NCBI GenBank assembly: GCA_964603435.1
Contig: CAZRUM010000001.1
Location: forward strand, 27,045 to 71,420
Direction: 5' to 3'
DNA from: an uncultured Gammaproteobacteria bacterium
GTDB taxonomy: Bacteria; Patescibacteriota; Patescibacteriia; Magasanikbacterales; UBA922
Length of the DNA stretch: 44,376 nucleotides
Shown here one piece after another: positions 20,037 through 28,763 of the stretch. The notes under the pieces are model-generated. The model ran no database searches, was not told the DNA's origin, and saw nothing but the letters and a program-made list of their open reading frames with translations. Within the stretch, counting starts at the first letter, position 1, and each line of letters opens with the position of its first letter. A program made the position numbers and the translations under genes.

Positions 20037-20065
20037 AGTATAGCATTTATTCTTGATTTTGTCAA
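20037..20065 (-). promoter_or_regulatory. Strong promoter for the GC-rich unit
   Basis: TTGACA-17 nt-TATACT with extended -10 TGC. Confidence 0.75.
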
Positions 20066-20074
20066 GCCTTACAA

Positions 20075-20172
20075 ATAAAAAACACCACCTACTAGGAGTG
20101 ATGTACTTTAGTAGCGGCGAGGAGGCTACCTCAAAACTATTTGTGATACCAAGGACCTCTTTACCGCTACAT
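20075..20172 (-). ncRNA. Candidate ~100-nt structured sRNA
   Basis: Promoter TTGATT-17-TATACT (20177-20205); GTAGCGG/CCGCTAC closing stem; terminator CATCAC…GTGGTG-TTTTTT. Confidence 0.55.
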
Positions 20173-20237
20173 CTGGAGTATATAAAATTCTTTTAAAAAA
20201 ATCAAGTGTGAATACATATTGAAAATATTATTTTATC

Positions 20238-20361
20238 AGCGAGCAACCCCTCCACCCTTCGGGCACCTCCCCTTAGAAGGGGGAGGAAACGAAATTCCCC
20301 TCCCTTTTAGGGCACACTATCCTTTAGGGTTAAGGGAGGGGGTAGGGGTGGGTTGCTCACT
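20238..20361. repeat. GC-rich multi-hairpin REP-like element
   Basis: Outer GAGCAACCC/GGGTTGCTC arms enclosing CCTCCCCTT-AG-AAGGGG and CCCCTCCCTT…AAGGGAGGGG hairpins. Confidence 0.7.
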
Positions 20362-20384
20362 AACAAAACTACCATTAAAATTTC

Positions 20385-20457
20385 TAAAAAAATAAACCCC
20401 TGTCATATGACTGGGGTTTATTTTAGGCTTTGAAGGTTACCTTTCCTTAGTATCACT
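20385..20457 (-). ncRNA. Candidate ~75-nt transcript (sRNA or leaderless 12-codon sORF)
   Basis: Promoter TTGACA-17-TAATAT (20464-20492); terminator AAAATAAACCCC-AGTCATATGACA-GGGGTTTATTTT. Confidence 0.5.
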
Positions 20458-20574
20458 AACTAAATATTATTATTATTTAACTACATTGTCAATAGGTGAA
20501 TAACTTATTTTGATACAAAAACTTGCAAAATTTAGCTAAATTTGGTACAAATTATAGTACAGTAAAGCAATTTT

Positions 20575-22062
20575 ATGGCAAATAAAAAACAAACCTTAGC
20601 AGATTTGCTAAAAAAAATCACAACCTATGACGAAAAAGCTGATTTGGATATGGTCAAACTAGCTTTTGATTTTGCCAAAAATGCTCATGAAGGACAAATA
20701 CGTAAATCTGGCGAACCCTACATTGAACACCCTCTCGCAGCCGCCCATATCCTAGCTAACATGCGTATTGACCCTATCATTATTGTCGCTACTCTACTAC
20801 ATGATGTCCCAGAAGATACTGATATTACTTTAGAAGAAATAGAAAAAAACTTTGGTGAAGAAGTAGCTTCTATGGTAGAAGGTATTACCAAATTGGGAAA
20901 ATTGAAATATCGTGGTGTAGAACGCTACATAGAAAATCTACGTAAAATGTTTGTCGCTATGGCAGAAGACGTTCGTGTTATGATTATTAAATTTGCTGAT
21001 AGAATTCACAACCTCACAACTCTCGGCGCCCTACCTCCACAAAAACAATATCGTATCGCCCTGGAAAGTTTGGAAATCTACTCCCCTATCGCCAATCGCC
21101 TTGGCATGGGTGAGATGAAAGGCATGTTGGAAGATTTATCTTTTCAATATGTTTACCCAAAAGAATATGCGCGTGTTACAAAAAATAGAGAGATTAAATT
21201 AAAAGGAAAAGAAAAATTTTTAGAACATGTCCAACAAGAAGTAAAACACGAACTTTTGGAAACCGGAATAAAAGCTGTTTCTATTAGTGGACGCAATAAA
21301 CGTCTATTTAGTCTATATAAAAAATTGCAAAAAAAAGGTGATGACATAACACAGATTTACGATTTGGTGGCCATAAGAATCATTGTACCAAGTATTGCTG
21401 ATTGTTATGCCTCTCTGGGCATCATTCATAAGCGTTGGAAACCACTAAAAGGTAGAATTAAAGACTATATTTCCCAACCAAAACCAAATGGTTACCAATC
21501 TCTTCACACTACTGTCTTTGTTGATAATGGAGAAATTGTAGAATTTCAAATAAGAACTCTAGAGATGCACGAAGATGCCGAATTTGGTGTAGCCGCTCAC
21601 TGGCATTATGATGAAAAAGGAGCTCGTCGCCCTAGTAAAGAAGTAAAATGGGTAAAAGAATTGGCTGAAATCCAAAAAGATATTTTGAACAAATTATCAG
21701 ACTTAGAAGAAATCAAAGTAGATTTTTTACAAGACAGAATTTTTGTCTTTACCCCAAGAGGTGATGTGATTGATTTACCAGAAGAAGCCACTCCAGTTGA
21801 TTTTGCTTATCACATTCACAGTGAAGTTGGTAACACTTGCAACGGGGCTCGTGTCAATGAACAAATGGCTAGTCTTAATACTAAATTAAAAAATGGTGAT
21901 GTAGTTGAAATTCTAAATGATAAAAATCGTAAAGGTCCCAGCCAAGATTGGATGAAATTTGTCAAAACTCATACTGCTAAAACTCATATTACAAATTATA
22001 TTAAAAATCAACAAAAAAGTAGAATTGCTGATTGGTTTAAATATGTACTTCCTAAAAAATAG
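20575..22062 (+). CDS. rel: RelA/SpoT family (p)ppGpp synthetase/hydrolase (HD + synthetase + TGS)
   Basis: RKSGEPYIEHP, LLHDVPED, KFADRIHN, KPNGYQSLHT, EFQIRT, TGS TPVDFAYHIH; ends without the ACT domain. Confidence 0.93.
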   Translation: MANKKQTLADLLKKITTYDEKADLDMVKLAFDFAKNAHEGQIRKSGEPYIEHPLAAAHILANMRIDPIIIVATLLHDVPEDTDITLEEIEKNFGEEVASMVEGITKLGKLKYRGVERYIENLRKMFVAMAEDVRVMIIKFADRIHNLTTLGALPPQKQYRIALESLEIYSPIANRLGMGEMKGMLEDLSFQYVYPKEYARVTKNREIKLKGKEKFLEHVQQEVKHELLETGIKAVSISGRNKRLFSLYKKLQKKGDDITQIYDLVAIRIIVPSIADCYASLGIIHKRWKPLKGRIKDYISQPKPNGYQSLHTTVFVDNGEIVEFQIRTLEMHEDAEFGVAAHWHYDEKGARRPSKEVKWVKELAEIQKDILNKLSDLEEIKVDFLQDRIFVFTPRGDVIDLPEEATPVDFAYHIHSEVGNTCNGARVNEQMASLNTKLKNGDVVEILNDKNRKGPSQDWMKFVKTHTAKTHITNYIKNQQKSRIADWFKYVLPKK

Positions 22063-22084
22063 CACTAATTAAAACAAATTTTTA

Positions 22085-22108
22085 AAACCATCCTATTTAG
22101 GATGGTTT
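22085..22108. terminator. Bidirectional terminator/palindrome, copy 2
   Basis: AAACCATCCTA-TT-TAGGATGGTTT between convergent rel and parB. Confidence 0.75.
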
Positions 22109-22137
22109 TTCAATTTGAATCTGTTTAAATCAATACC

Positions 22138-22998
22138 TTAACTCAATTCACTTATCAACCTTTTCAATTCTTCTTTTGAATAATATTCAATATTTATAGT
22201 ACCTTTTTCTCCACGTCCAGAAATATGTACTTTGCTACCGAGTCTTTCTTCCAAAAGCTGTTCAGCTGAAACAAGGTTTGGATCTCGACGAACAGAACCC
22301 TTACGAGAAGCTTGTCCATGACTAGCCACGGCTTTATTTACATCACGTACTGTCATCTTTTCTCCCATCATACTAGAAAAAATATCTAATTGTTCTTTTT
22401 CGTCTTTCAAACTAAGCAATGCTTTAGCTTTACCTACACTAATTTTTCCATCGACTAAAGCTTTCTGAATACTTTCTGGTAAATTTAGTAGGCGTACCAT
22501 ATTGGCTATAGTTGGTCTACTTTTTCCAACTTGGTCAGCTACTTCTTCTTGAGTAAGATTAAATTCATCCATCAGACGACGATAAGCAAAGGCCTCTTCT
22601 ATGGCATTCAAATTCTGTCTTTGTATATTTTCAATTAGAGCCAATTCTAATTTTTCTTGTTGAGTTACACTGCGCACAATCGCCGGTACTGTTGGTAATT
22701 CAGCAATTTGTGAAGCACGCAAACGACGTTCCCCCGCGATTAATTCATAACCATTGTCTTCTTTTTCTGTTACCACCAAAGGTTGCAAAATACCATGTTT
22801 TTTAATTGAAGCTACCAAATTTTCTAATTCACTGTGAGAAAATTCGGTTCTAGGTTGCTCGGAATTTGGTACAATCTCAGAAATTGGAATATGCCAGATT
22901 TTATCATTATCACCATTAACTACACCCGTTTCTCTACGGATCATTTTACGAGTTTTTTGTTGTGGAATAAGTGAACTCAATCCCTTACCTAAAGCCAT
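22138..22998 (-). CDS. parB: Chromosome partitioning protein ParB/Spo0J
   Basis: MALGKGLSSLI, IAGERRLRA, LIENIQRQNL, HTH; ATG 22998 preferred over TTG 23010, which lies inside a repeat. Confidence 0.95.
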   Translation of the reverse strand: MALGKGLSSLIPQQKTRKMIRRETGVVNGDNDKIWHIPISEIVPNSEQPRTEFSHSELENLVASIKKHGILQPLVVTEKEDNGYELIAGERRLRASQIAELPTVPAIVRSVTQQEKLELALIENIQRQNLNAIEEAFAYRRLMDEFNLTQEEVADQVGKSRPTIANMVRLLNLPESIQKALVDGKISVGKAKALLSLKDEKEQLDIFSSMMGEKMTVRDVNKAVASHGQASRKGSVRRDPNLVSAEQLLEERLGSKVHISGRGEKGTINIEYYSKEELKRLISELS

Positions 22999-23004
22999 AT
23001 TTTT

Positions 23005-23423
23005 TGTCAATCCCGAGTAGAACGAGGGATCCCTTTCCTGTGTATCAAATGTTGGATACTATCCAAATCATCGTACCAGTCGAGAGCCTTGTCTTCCCAC
23101 TTCGGGTTAAGTTTATTAATTAAATCTTGTTTCTTTTTTCTAGTATAACTTTTTATCTATTTTTCTCTTTCTAGTGTTTCTTTTCTAGTTTTATATTCTT
23201 CATAATATACTAATTTGGTACAACTATATTTCTTACTAAAACCTTCTATTAGTTTATATTTATATTCATATACTCTGCTTATTATATTGTTGGTTTGTCC
23301 AGTATACAAAGTACCAGTTTTACTTGCCATTATATATACATAGAATTTATCTAAGTCTGTGGATATATTATGCGTCATAATGGTGACTTGTAAAGGGATT
23401 CCTCACTTACGTTCGGAATTACG
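23005..23423 (-). mobile_element. Inverted-repeat-bounded GIY-YIG nuclease cassette between parA and parB
   Basis: Left GTCAATCCCGAGTAGAACGAGGGATCCCTTT and reverse-complemented right GTAATTCCGAACGTAAGTGAGGAATCCCTTT flank the nuclease gene. Confidence 0.72.
23007..23378 (-). pseudogene. GIY-YIG nuclease pseudogene
   Basis: YVYIMAS…LYTGQTNN…LVYYE; in-frame TAG at 23157-59 in REK*IK, and the frame continues IKSYTRKKKQDLINKLNPKWED to TGA at 23007. Confidence 0.85.
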
Positions 23424-23435
23424 AACGACTGCTTC

Positions 23436-24206
23436 TTAGTAAGTTCGATGTTTTTCCATTATTTCCCTAGCCAATCTCTCATATGCCTTGGCCCCTTTAC
23501 CTTTCGGATCATAATGTAAAATTGACTGCCCAAAACTAGGAGCTTCGGCCAATCTAACTGTACGAGGAATTACACTTCTAAATATAGTGTCAGGAAAATA
23601 TTTATAAAGCTCATTCATTATATCTTCTGATAATCTAGTACGTTTATCAAACATAGTAAGCACTGCCCCTAGAATCTCCAAATCTGGCTTTAAATGCTCT
23701 CTAATAAGCTCTATAGTACTCAAAAGCTGACCTAACCCCTCAAGAGCATAATATTCGGCCTGAACAGGTATTAGAAGCTCATCAGCCGCCACTAGACTAT
23801 TTATAGTGAGCAGACCAAGGGAAGGTGGACAATCTATGATAATATAATCATAAGCATGTTTTAGCTCTTCTAATAGATCTAACAATTGAAATTCACGCCT
23901 TTCCACATCTACCAATTCGATACTAGCTCCTGATAGATTTGCAGTAGCTGGGATAATACGCAAACCTTCGTGTTTAGTATTTTTCACGACATCGTGAATT
24001 CGTTTTTGTTTTGCCAAAGCTTCATAAATTCCATGTTCCAAATCTTCTTTTACAACACCGAGCCCACTAGATGCATTGGCCTGTGGATCCATATCTACGA
24101 GCAAAACAAAATTACCTAGCTCAGCCAAATAAGCTGCTAAGTTCATGGCAGTAGTTGTTTTTCCTACTCCACCTTTTTGATTAACTACAGATATAACTTT
24201 TCCCAT
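23436..24206 (-). CDS. parA: Chromosome partitioning ATPase ParA/Soj
   Basis: NQKGGVGKTTT, DMDPQANAS, IDCPPSLG, PVQAEYYALEG, RLAEAPSFG. Confidence 0.96.
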   Translation of the reverse strand: MGKVISVVNQKGGVGKTTTAMNLAAYLAELGNFVLLVDMDPQANASSGLGVVKEDLEHGIYEALAKQKRIHDVVKNTKHEGLRIIPATANLSGASIELVDVERREFQLLDLLEELKHAYDYIIIDCPPSLGLLTINSLVAADELLIPVQAEYYALEGLGQLLSTIELIREHLKPDLEILGAVLTMFDKRTRLSEDIMNELYKYFPDTIFRSVIPRTVRLAEAPSFGQSILHYDPKGKGAKAYERLAREIMEKHRTY

Positions 24207-24227
24207 ATAGTGATATTATACATCATA

Positions 24228-24256
24228 TTGACAGAAAAGTGAATATAATATATAAT
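24228..24256 (+). promoter_or_regulatory. Consensus promoter for tRNA-Leu unit
   Basis: Perfect TTGACA-17 nt-TATAAT; overlaps the divergent parA promoter. Confidence 0.85.
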
Positions 24257-24305
24257 GTACACGTTCTTTTTCTAAGCTTTAGTTTGTACCCACACTTAGA
24301 AATAA

Positions 24306-24387
24306 GCCCGAGTGGCGGAATTGGTAGACGCGCGCGACTCAAAATCGCGTTCCTCACGGAGTGAGAGTTCGATTCTCTCCTCGGGCA
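24306..24387 (+). tRNA. tRNA-Leu(CAA)
   Basis: GCCCGAG/CTCGGGC acceptor stem, CGCGA-CTCAAAA-TCGCG anticodon arm, long variable arm; CCA not encoded. Confidence 0.96.
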
Positions 24388-24392
24388 CAAGT

Positions 24393-25361
24393 ATGCATAT
24401 TTTCTTCGACCTACTAATAACGATTGGAATTGTAATAACTGCTTTACCTGCGGTTATTTTGTTATATTCTCGCAGTAAAAGAAAAAAAAGCTGGGAATAT
24501 AACCATAAAAAATTAAGTCTACTTCTCTCTCTTATTCTTTTGCTCGGAACTAGTATTTTATTGTACGGTAGTTTTGTTGAACCACAACTATTGATTACAA
24601 ACTATTACGAAATTGATTTAGAAAATATTGATGAAGAAATTAAAATTGCCTTTGTAGCTGACTATCAACTAGGAATATACAAACAAACTGACTGGACAAA
24701 TAAAACAGTAGACAGAATATTAGAATTAGAACCAGACATAATTTTGCTCGGTGGAGATAATGTAGACAATGCCAATTATGATCTGGAAGAACTAACTTAT
24801 CTGGAGCCACTAACTAGATTAGCCAAAATAATTCCAACCTACGCTATACAAGGCAATCATGAATATGGTGTTGGTGGAGGAAAATCAATTTACAATTCAA
24901 AATACCGTGTCGCTAATATGAGCCAAGAAACAAAGAAAAAATTCACAAGTCTTGGTATAAAAACTCTAGAAAACGAATTAGAATTAATTGAAATTAATAA
25001 TAGCAAATTCTATCTATTTGGAGCTGATTCCTTCTGGGCTGGAAAATTAAATTATAAAGTTTTAGAAAAAAGAAATTTAGATATTCCGACTATAGCTATG
25101 ATTCATAACCCGGCTTTTTATATAAAGTCTTATCCAAAAATGGATTTGGTTTTATCTGGTCATACTCATGGTGGGCAAATTCGTTTACCTTTTATAGGTC
25201 CCTTGGGAAGAGTTGACGATATTTTACCTAGTGAATACTACCAAGGTTTACATGAACTAGATACTGGCACAAAATTATTAGTAACGAGTGGTATTGGAGA
25301 GACTGGAACTAGGGCGAGATTGTTCAATCCCCCGGAAATTGTAATGATAACTATAAATTAA
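24393..25361 (+). CDS. Membrane-anchored metallophosphoesterase (YkuE-like)
   Basis: Two N-terminal TMs; GGDNVD, GNHE, HNP, SGHTHGGQIRLP, RLFNPPEI; start moved past the tRNA. Confidence 0.88.
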   Translation: MHIFFDLLITIGIVITALPAVILLYSRSKRKKSWEYNHKKLSLLLSLILLLGTSILLYGSFVEPQLLITNYYEIDLENIDEEIKIAFVADYQLGIYKQTDWTNKTVDRILELEPDIILLGGDNVDNANYDLEELTYLEPLTRLAKIIPTYAIQGNHEYGVGGGKSIYNSKYRVANMSQETKKKFTSLGIKTLENELELIEINNSKFYLFGADSFWAGKLNYKVLEKRNLDIPTIAMIHNPAFYIKSYPKMDLVLSGHTHGGQIRLPFIGPLGRVDDILPSEYYQGLHELDTGTKLLVTSGIGETGTRARLFNPPEIVMITIN

Positions 25362-25367
25362 AATCTG

Positions 25368-25952
25368 CTATTTAGCAGATTTTTTGTTTTCTAGAAACTT
25401 TAATATTACACCCACAGATCTATCTTCTTTTATCCTACCATCGATGCACATCTCTCTTGCTACTGAAAAATCTTTCCACTCTACTTCTATTACCTCTCCT
25501 AATTCCAAAGATTGTCCTTGTGGTAATTCTTCAAAATCTTCTGCTACAAAATAGAATAAATCCCAATCAACAGTAGCGCCTGATTTTGCTGTATAAAAAT
25601 GATATATATTTAATATGTTTATTCCAGTCTCTTCGACCGCTTCTTTCTTGGCAGCCTGTTTGGCGTGAGTCAAAATATTTTCTCCTTTTTTAAGAGCCAA
25701 CAGATACTCTTCTAATCTATCAAAAACTTTACCACCTGGTAAACGATAATCGTAACCATCCAATTCAGTTCTGTATTCCTTTGTCAAAAGTAATTGTTTA
25801 TCTTTAACAATAAATAATCTAACACCAGGAGATCGTCTTACCATTTCAAACACAATATCTTTATCTCCTACTTTCATAGGTTGTTTAACAACTTCAAAAA
25901 TCTTACCTTGAAAAACTATCTCCTCTGGACCATTTTTCTTTAATTTATCCAT
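25368..25952 (-). CDS. NUDIX hydrolase
   Basis: LPGG…AAKKEAVEETG Nudix box. Confidence 0.88.
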   Translation of the reverse strand: MDKLKKNGPEEIVFQGKIFEVVKQPMKVGDKDIVFEMVRRSPGVRLFIVKDKQLLLTKEYRTELDGYDYRLPGGKVFDRLEEYLLALKKGENILTHAKQAAKKEAVEETGINILNIYHFYTAKSGATVDWDLFYFVAEDFEELPQGQSLELGEVIEVEWKDFSVAREMCIDGRIKEDRSVGVILKFLENKKSAK

Positions 25953-25971
25953 ATATAACATTATTTATAAT

Positions 25972-26475
25972 CTAAAAAATAGCCCTAATAGTTCCGCCAG
26001 CAAATAAAGTAATAATGGTAACGAGTGTGGCTGCCATACATACTCCAATAAAAATTAGAGGAGCAGCCCGTCTAAATTTTATATTAAAAACAAAAGAAGC
26101 TAGTGACCCAGTCCATGAACCAGTGAACGGCAATGGAATGCCCACAAAAACAATCAGAGCAATTGCGCCATATTTAAAATACTTTCCAGAAAATTTTCTA
26201 TCAGCTTCTTCCAATTTTTTAGTAAGAATTTTACCTAAAAATTTTTGTTTTACCACCCAATCATGAACATAGGGTATAGCAGCTAAAATAAATAAAGCCG
26301 GAATAACGTCCCCGACCACAGCAATCAACCAAACTTTCCAAACAGCCATTTTATAAACCTCAATTCCAATCGGGATAGAGGCTCTAAGCTCAGTAATTGG
26401 AATCATGGAAATAAAAAATACAGCCCACTCTGGTGAGATATTTACAAACCAATCTACTGGATTTAGACTAAACAT
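25972..26475 (-). CDS. Small multi-drug export family membrane protein (COG2426-like)
   Basis: SMIPITELRASIP and FVGIPLPFTGSWTG motifs; ATG 26475 avoids overlap with the upstream gene. Confidence 0.82.
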   Translation of the reverse strand: MFSLNPVDWFVNISPEWAVFFISMIPITELRASIPIGIEVYKMAVWKVWLIAVVGDVIPALFILAAIPYVHDWVVKQKFLGKILTKKLEEADRKFSGKYFKYGAIALIVFVGIPLPFTGSWTGSLASFVFNIKFRRAAPLIFIGVCMAATLVTIITLFAGGTIRAIF

Positions 26476-26482
26476 ATTTTTA

Positions 26483-27484
26483 TTATTCTGACCACTGATA
26501 ATTAGTAAGTGCCCACTTGGCAATATCGCGAGCTTCGGTAAAGCGAGCTTCGTGACTATCTGTACCCAAGACCACTACATCTACCAAATGCCCATTCCCC
26601 ACTCTCATACAAAAATTATAACCAGAAGCATTGATAAAGCCAGTTTTTCCACCATAAAAACGTTCGAAATCATGTTCTACCCAACCAAGCAAGAGCCAAT
26701 CTGTATTCCACATATGATGTGACTTACTTCTTTCTTCTGAATACAAATTTTGTTCTTTTGTCAACAATGCTTCTTGAATCTTGGGATATTTCAAAACTTC
26801 GTTTAATAAAATTACTATATCTGAGGCCGAAGCCACATTGGTCTCATCCAAACCTGTTGGGTCAGTAAAGTGGGTTTCTGTCATACCCAGTTCTCTTGCC
26901 TTTTGATTCATCCGCTCTACGAAAGCCTCTATCGGCCAGTCCAAAGCATTAACCAAAGACAAGATTGCCTTATTAGAAGACGCCACTAAACCGGCTAGCC
27001 AGAGCTGATCCAAAGTATATACATCTCCCTGATACACATGAGTACCAAGTGAATCCTCTCCCACAACCACAGTACTAGTAGTCCAATCCGGATGTTTTTC
27101 GAGTATCACCAAAACGCTCATTAGTTTGGTAATACTTGCCATTGGCCATTTATCATATTCTTGTTTTTTATAAAGAACCATACCAGTTTTCACATCTTTG
27201 ACAATCATACTGTGAGCACTAAATTGACTCGAATCTGGTATTTCTCCAGTTACCAATGGTAATTGTGGTTTTACTGGTAAAGGTGGCTCTACCACAATAT
27301 CGCCACCTATTTTTTCACCAACGTTTTGCAAAGGTTGCAAAACTTTATTTAAAATACTACTATTTTGAAAATCAATTTTTTGAATTGTAAAACCACCAAC
27401 AGCTATTATAATTACAAAAATAGCCACTAGATTTCTCCACGCGCTTGATTTATCTTTAGCAACTTCAACTTCTAAAAAATTCAT
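26483..27484 (-). CDS. D-alanyl-D-alanine carboxypeptidase (peptidase S11)
   Basis: ASITK (SxxK), SSN (SxN), GKTG; N-terminal TM. Confidence 0.92.
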   Translation of the reverse strand: MNFLEVEVAKDKSSAWRNLVAIFVIIIAVGGFTIQKIDFQNSSILNKVLQPLQNVGEKIGGDIVVEPPLPVKPQLPLVTGEIPDSSQFSAHSMIVKDVKTGMVLYKKQEYDKWPMASITKLMSVLVILEKHPDWTTSTVVVGEDSLGTHVYQGDVYTLDQLWLAGLVASSNKAILSLVNALDWPIEAFVERMNQKARELGMTETHFTDPTGLDETNVASASDIVILLNEVLKYPKIQEALLTKEQNLYSEERSKSHHMWNTDWLLLGWVEHDFERFYGGKTGFINASGYNFCMRVGNGHLVDVVVLGTDSHEARFTEARDIAKWALTNYQWSE

Positions 27485-27487
27485 AAT

Positions 27488-28024
27488 TTATTCTTTGTTT
27501 AAAGCGTTGTCTATAAACCCATGGGCATGTAGAGTTTCAAAATCTGGAAGTTCAGAAACAGACTTTACACCCAAATGACGTAAAGCCTCTACCGACAAAG
27601 TATAGACAGGTAAAATCTTTTGTTCATCATCACTTTCTTCTACCAACCCACGCATAAGTAAATTACGTATTATAACAGCACAATTTACCCCCCTGATTTG
27701 TTCTAATTCTGGACGTGTAATAGGTCCACGATAGGCTACGACTGTTAAAGTTTCAAGCTGCGCTTTGGTCAATTCTCCTGAGACTTCATCTTTTATAAAC
27801 ATATCTACCACTTCAGCATTTTTAGAATTAGTAGCCATCTGATACTTTTCACCTTCTGCCAAAATAAAAATACCAGACTCTTCTCCATTAAATTTCATCT
27901 TTAATGTTTCTAGAATCTCCTCTACTTCTACTTCCTTTTTTTGTACAGCTTTAGAAATCTGTTTAGCAGTCAGTGGTTTTGAAGCTACAAACAAAATTGA
28001 CTCAACTTGTGATAATAAACTCAT
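27488..28024 (-). CDS. scpB: Segregation and condensation protein B
   Basis: ESILF, LETLTVVAYRGPITRPELEQIRGVN. Confidence 0.95.
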   Translation of the reverse strand: MSLLSQVESILFVASKPLTAKQISKAVQKKEVEVEEILETLKMKFNGEESGIFILAEGEKYQMATNSKNAEVVDMFIKDEVSGELTKAQLETLTVVAYRGPITRPELEQIRGVNCAVIIRNLLMRGLVEESDDEQKILPVYTLSVEALRHLGVKSVSELPDFETLHAHGFIDNALNKE

Positions 28025-28713
28025 ATTTTTTTTATAGAAATATCTGAAAAATTATTATTTTGACCTAGTACCACTGTTTTTTGTTTTACAAGCTCAAGTA
28101 AAGCTAAAAAACCAACAATGACTTCTGTTTTATTCTTACTATCTGATAGTAGGTCTGAAAAACTAGTTTGTTTATTTTTTTTGATAAAATCTCTGATCTG
28201 ATTAATTTTTTCTTTTATACTAACCGACTTATCTATATGTGTTTCTGGTAATGGTTTTGATGGAGTCAAACGGTGTAACAATTTTTCTATTGATTCACGT
28301 AAATTTTCTGTAGCCAAATTATTTGGAGGAGTAAATTCTTCCAACTTTTTTGGAGGTTCTTTTCTAAAAACAGACTTCTTTTTATCAAGCCAACTTTTAT
28401 TCAACTTTTTACTAGCTTCTACAAAAGACCTATAAAGACGCAATTGATCCTCAAGACTTGGACCCTCTTCCTCTTCTACACCAAATTGTGGTAATAAATT
28501 TCTAGACTTTAAAAGCAGTAACCTGGTAGCCACAACTAAAAAATCCGCCAATTCCTCTGGTTTTTTATTTTCTAGACTGTCCAGATGGTCCAAATACTGC
28601 TCTGTAACTTGCGATATAGACACTTCACTAATATTCATTTCCTTTTCATCTAGAAGCCCAAGCAGTAAGTCTAGAGGTCCTTCAAATTTTCCAAATTTAA
28701 ATTTTGCAATCAT
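28021..28713 (-). CDS. scpA: Segregation and condensation protein A
   Basis: FEGPLDLLL, ADFLVVATRLLLLKSRNLLP, FLALLELVK. Confidence 0.95.
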   Translation of the reverse strand: MIAKFKFGKFEGPLDLLLGLLDEKEMNISEVSISQVTEQYLDHLDSLENKKPEELADFLVVATRLLLLKSRNLLPQFGVEEEEGPSLEDQLRLYRSFVEASKKLNKSWLDKKKSVFRKEPPKKLEEFTPPNNLATENLRESIEKLLHRLTPSKPLPETHIDKSVSIKEKINQIRDFIKKNKQTSFSDLLSDSKNKTEVIVGFLALLELVKQKTVVLGQNNNFSDISIKKI

Positions 28714-28763
28714 AATAAAAAGTAGGTCTATTCTATCATATTAATTAGTTTTTGTCTTCCTAT

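Noticed and set aside
20075-20172. SRP (4.5S) RNA identity for the candidate sRNA
   Set aside because: It lacks the CAGG…GGAA…AGCA domain IV signature.
23157-23159. Stop-codon reassignment explaining the GIY-YIG TAG (or the TGA at 19084)
   Set aside because: TAG and TGA end intact genes here (der and rel with TAG; scpA with TGA), and the nuclease shows other decay.
22063-24300. Canonical parS site near parAB
   Set aside because: No TGTTNCACGTGAAACA-like palindrome was seen by eye.
24312-24392. N-terminal extension of the phosphoesterase ORF
   Set aside because: It is a translation of tRNA-Leu.
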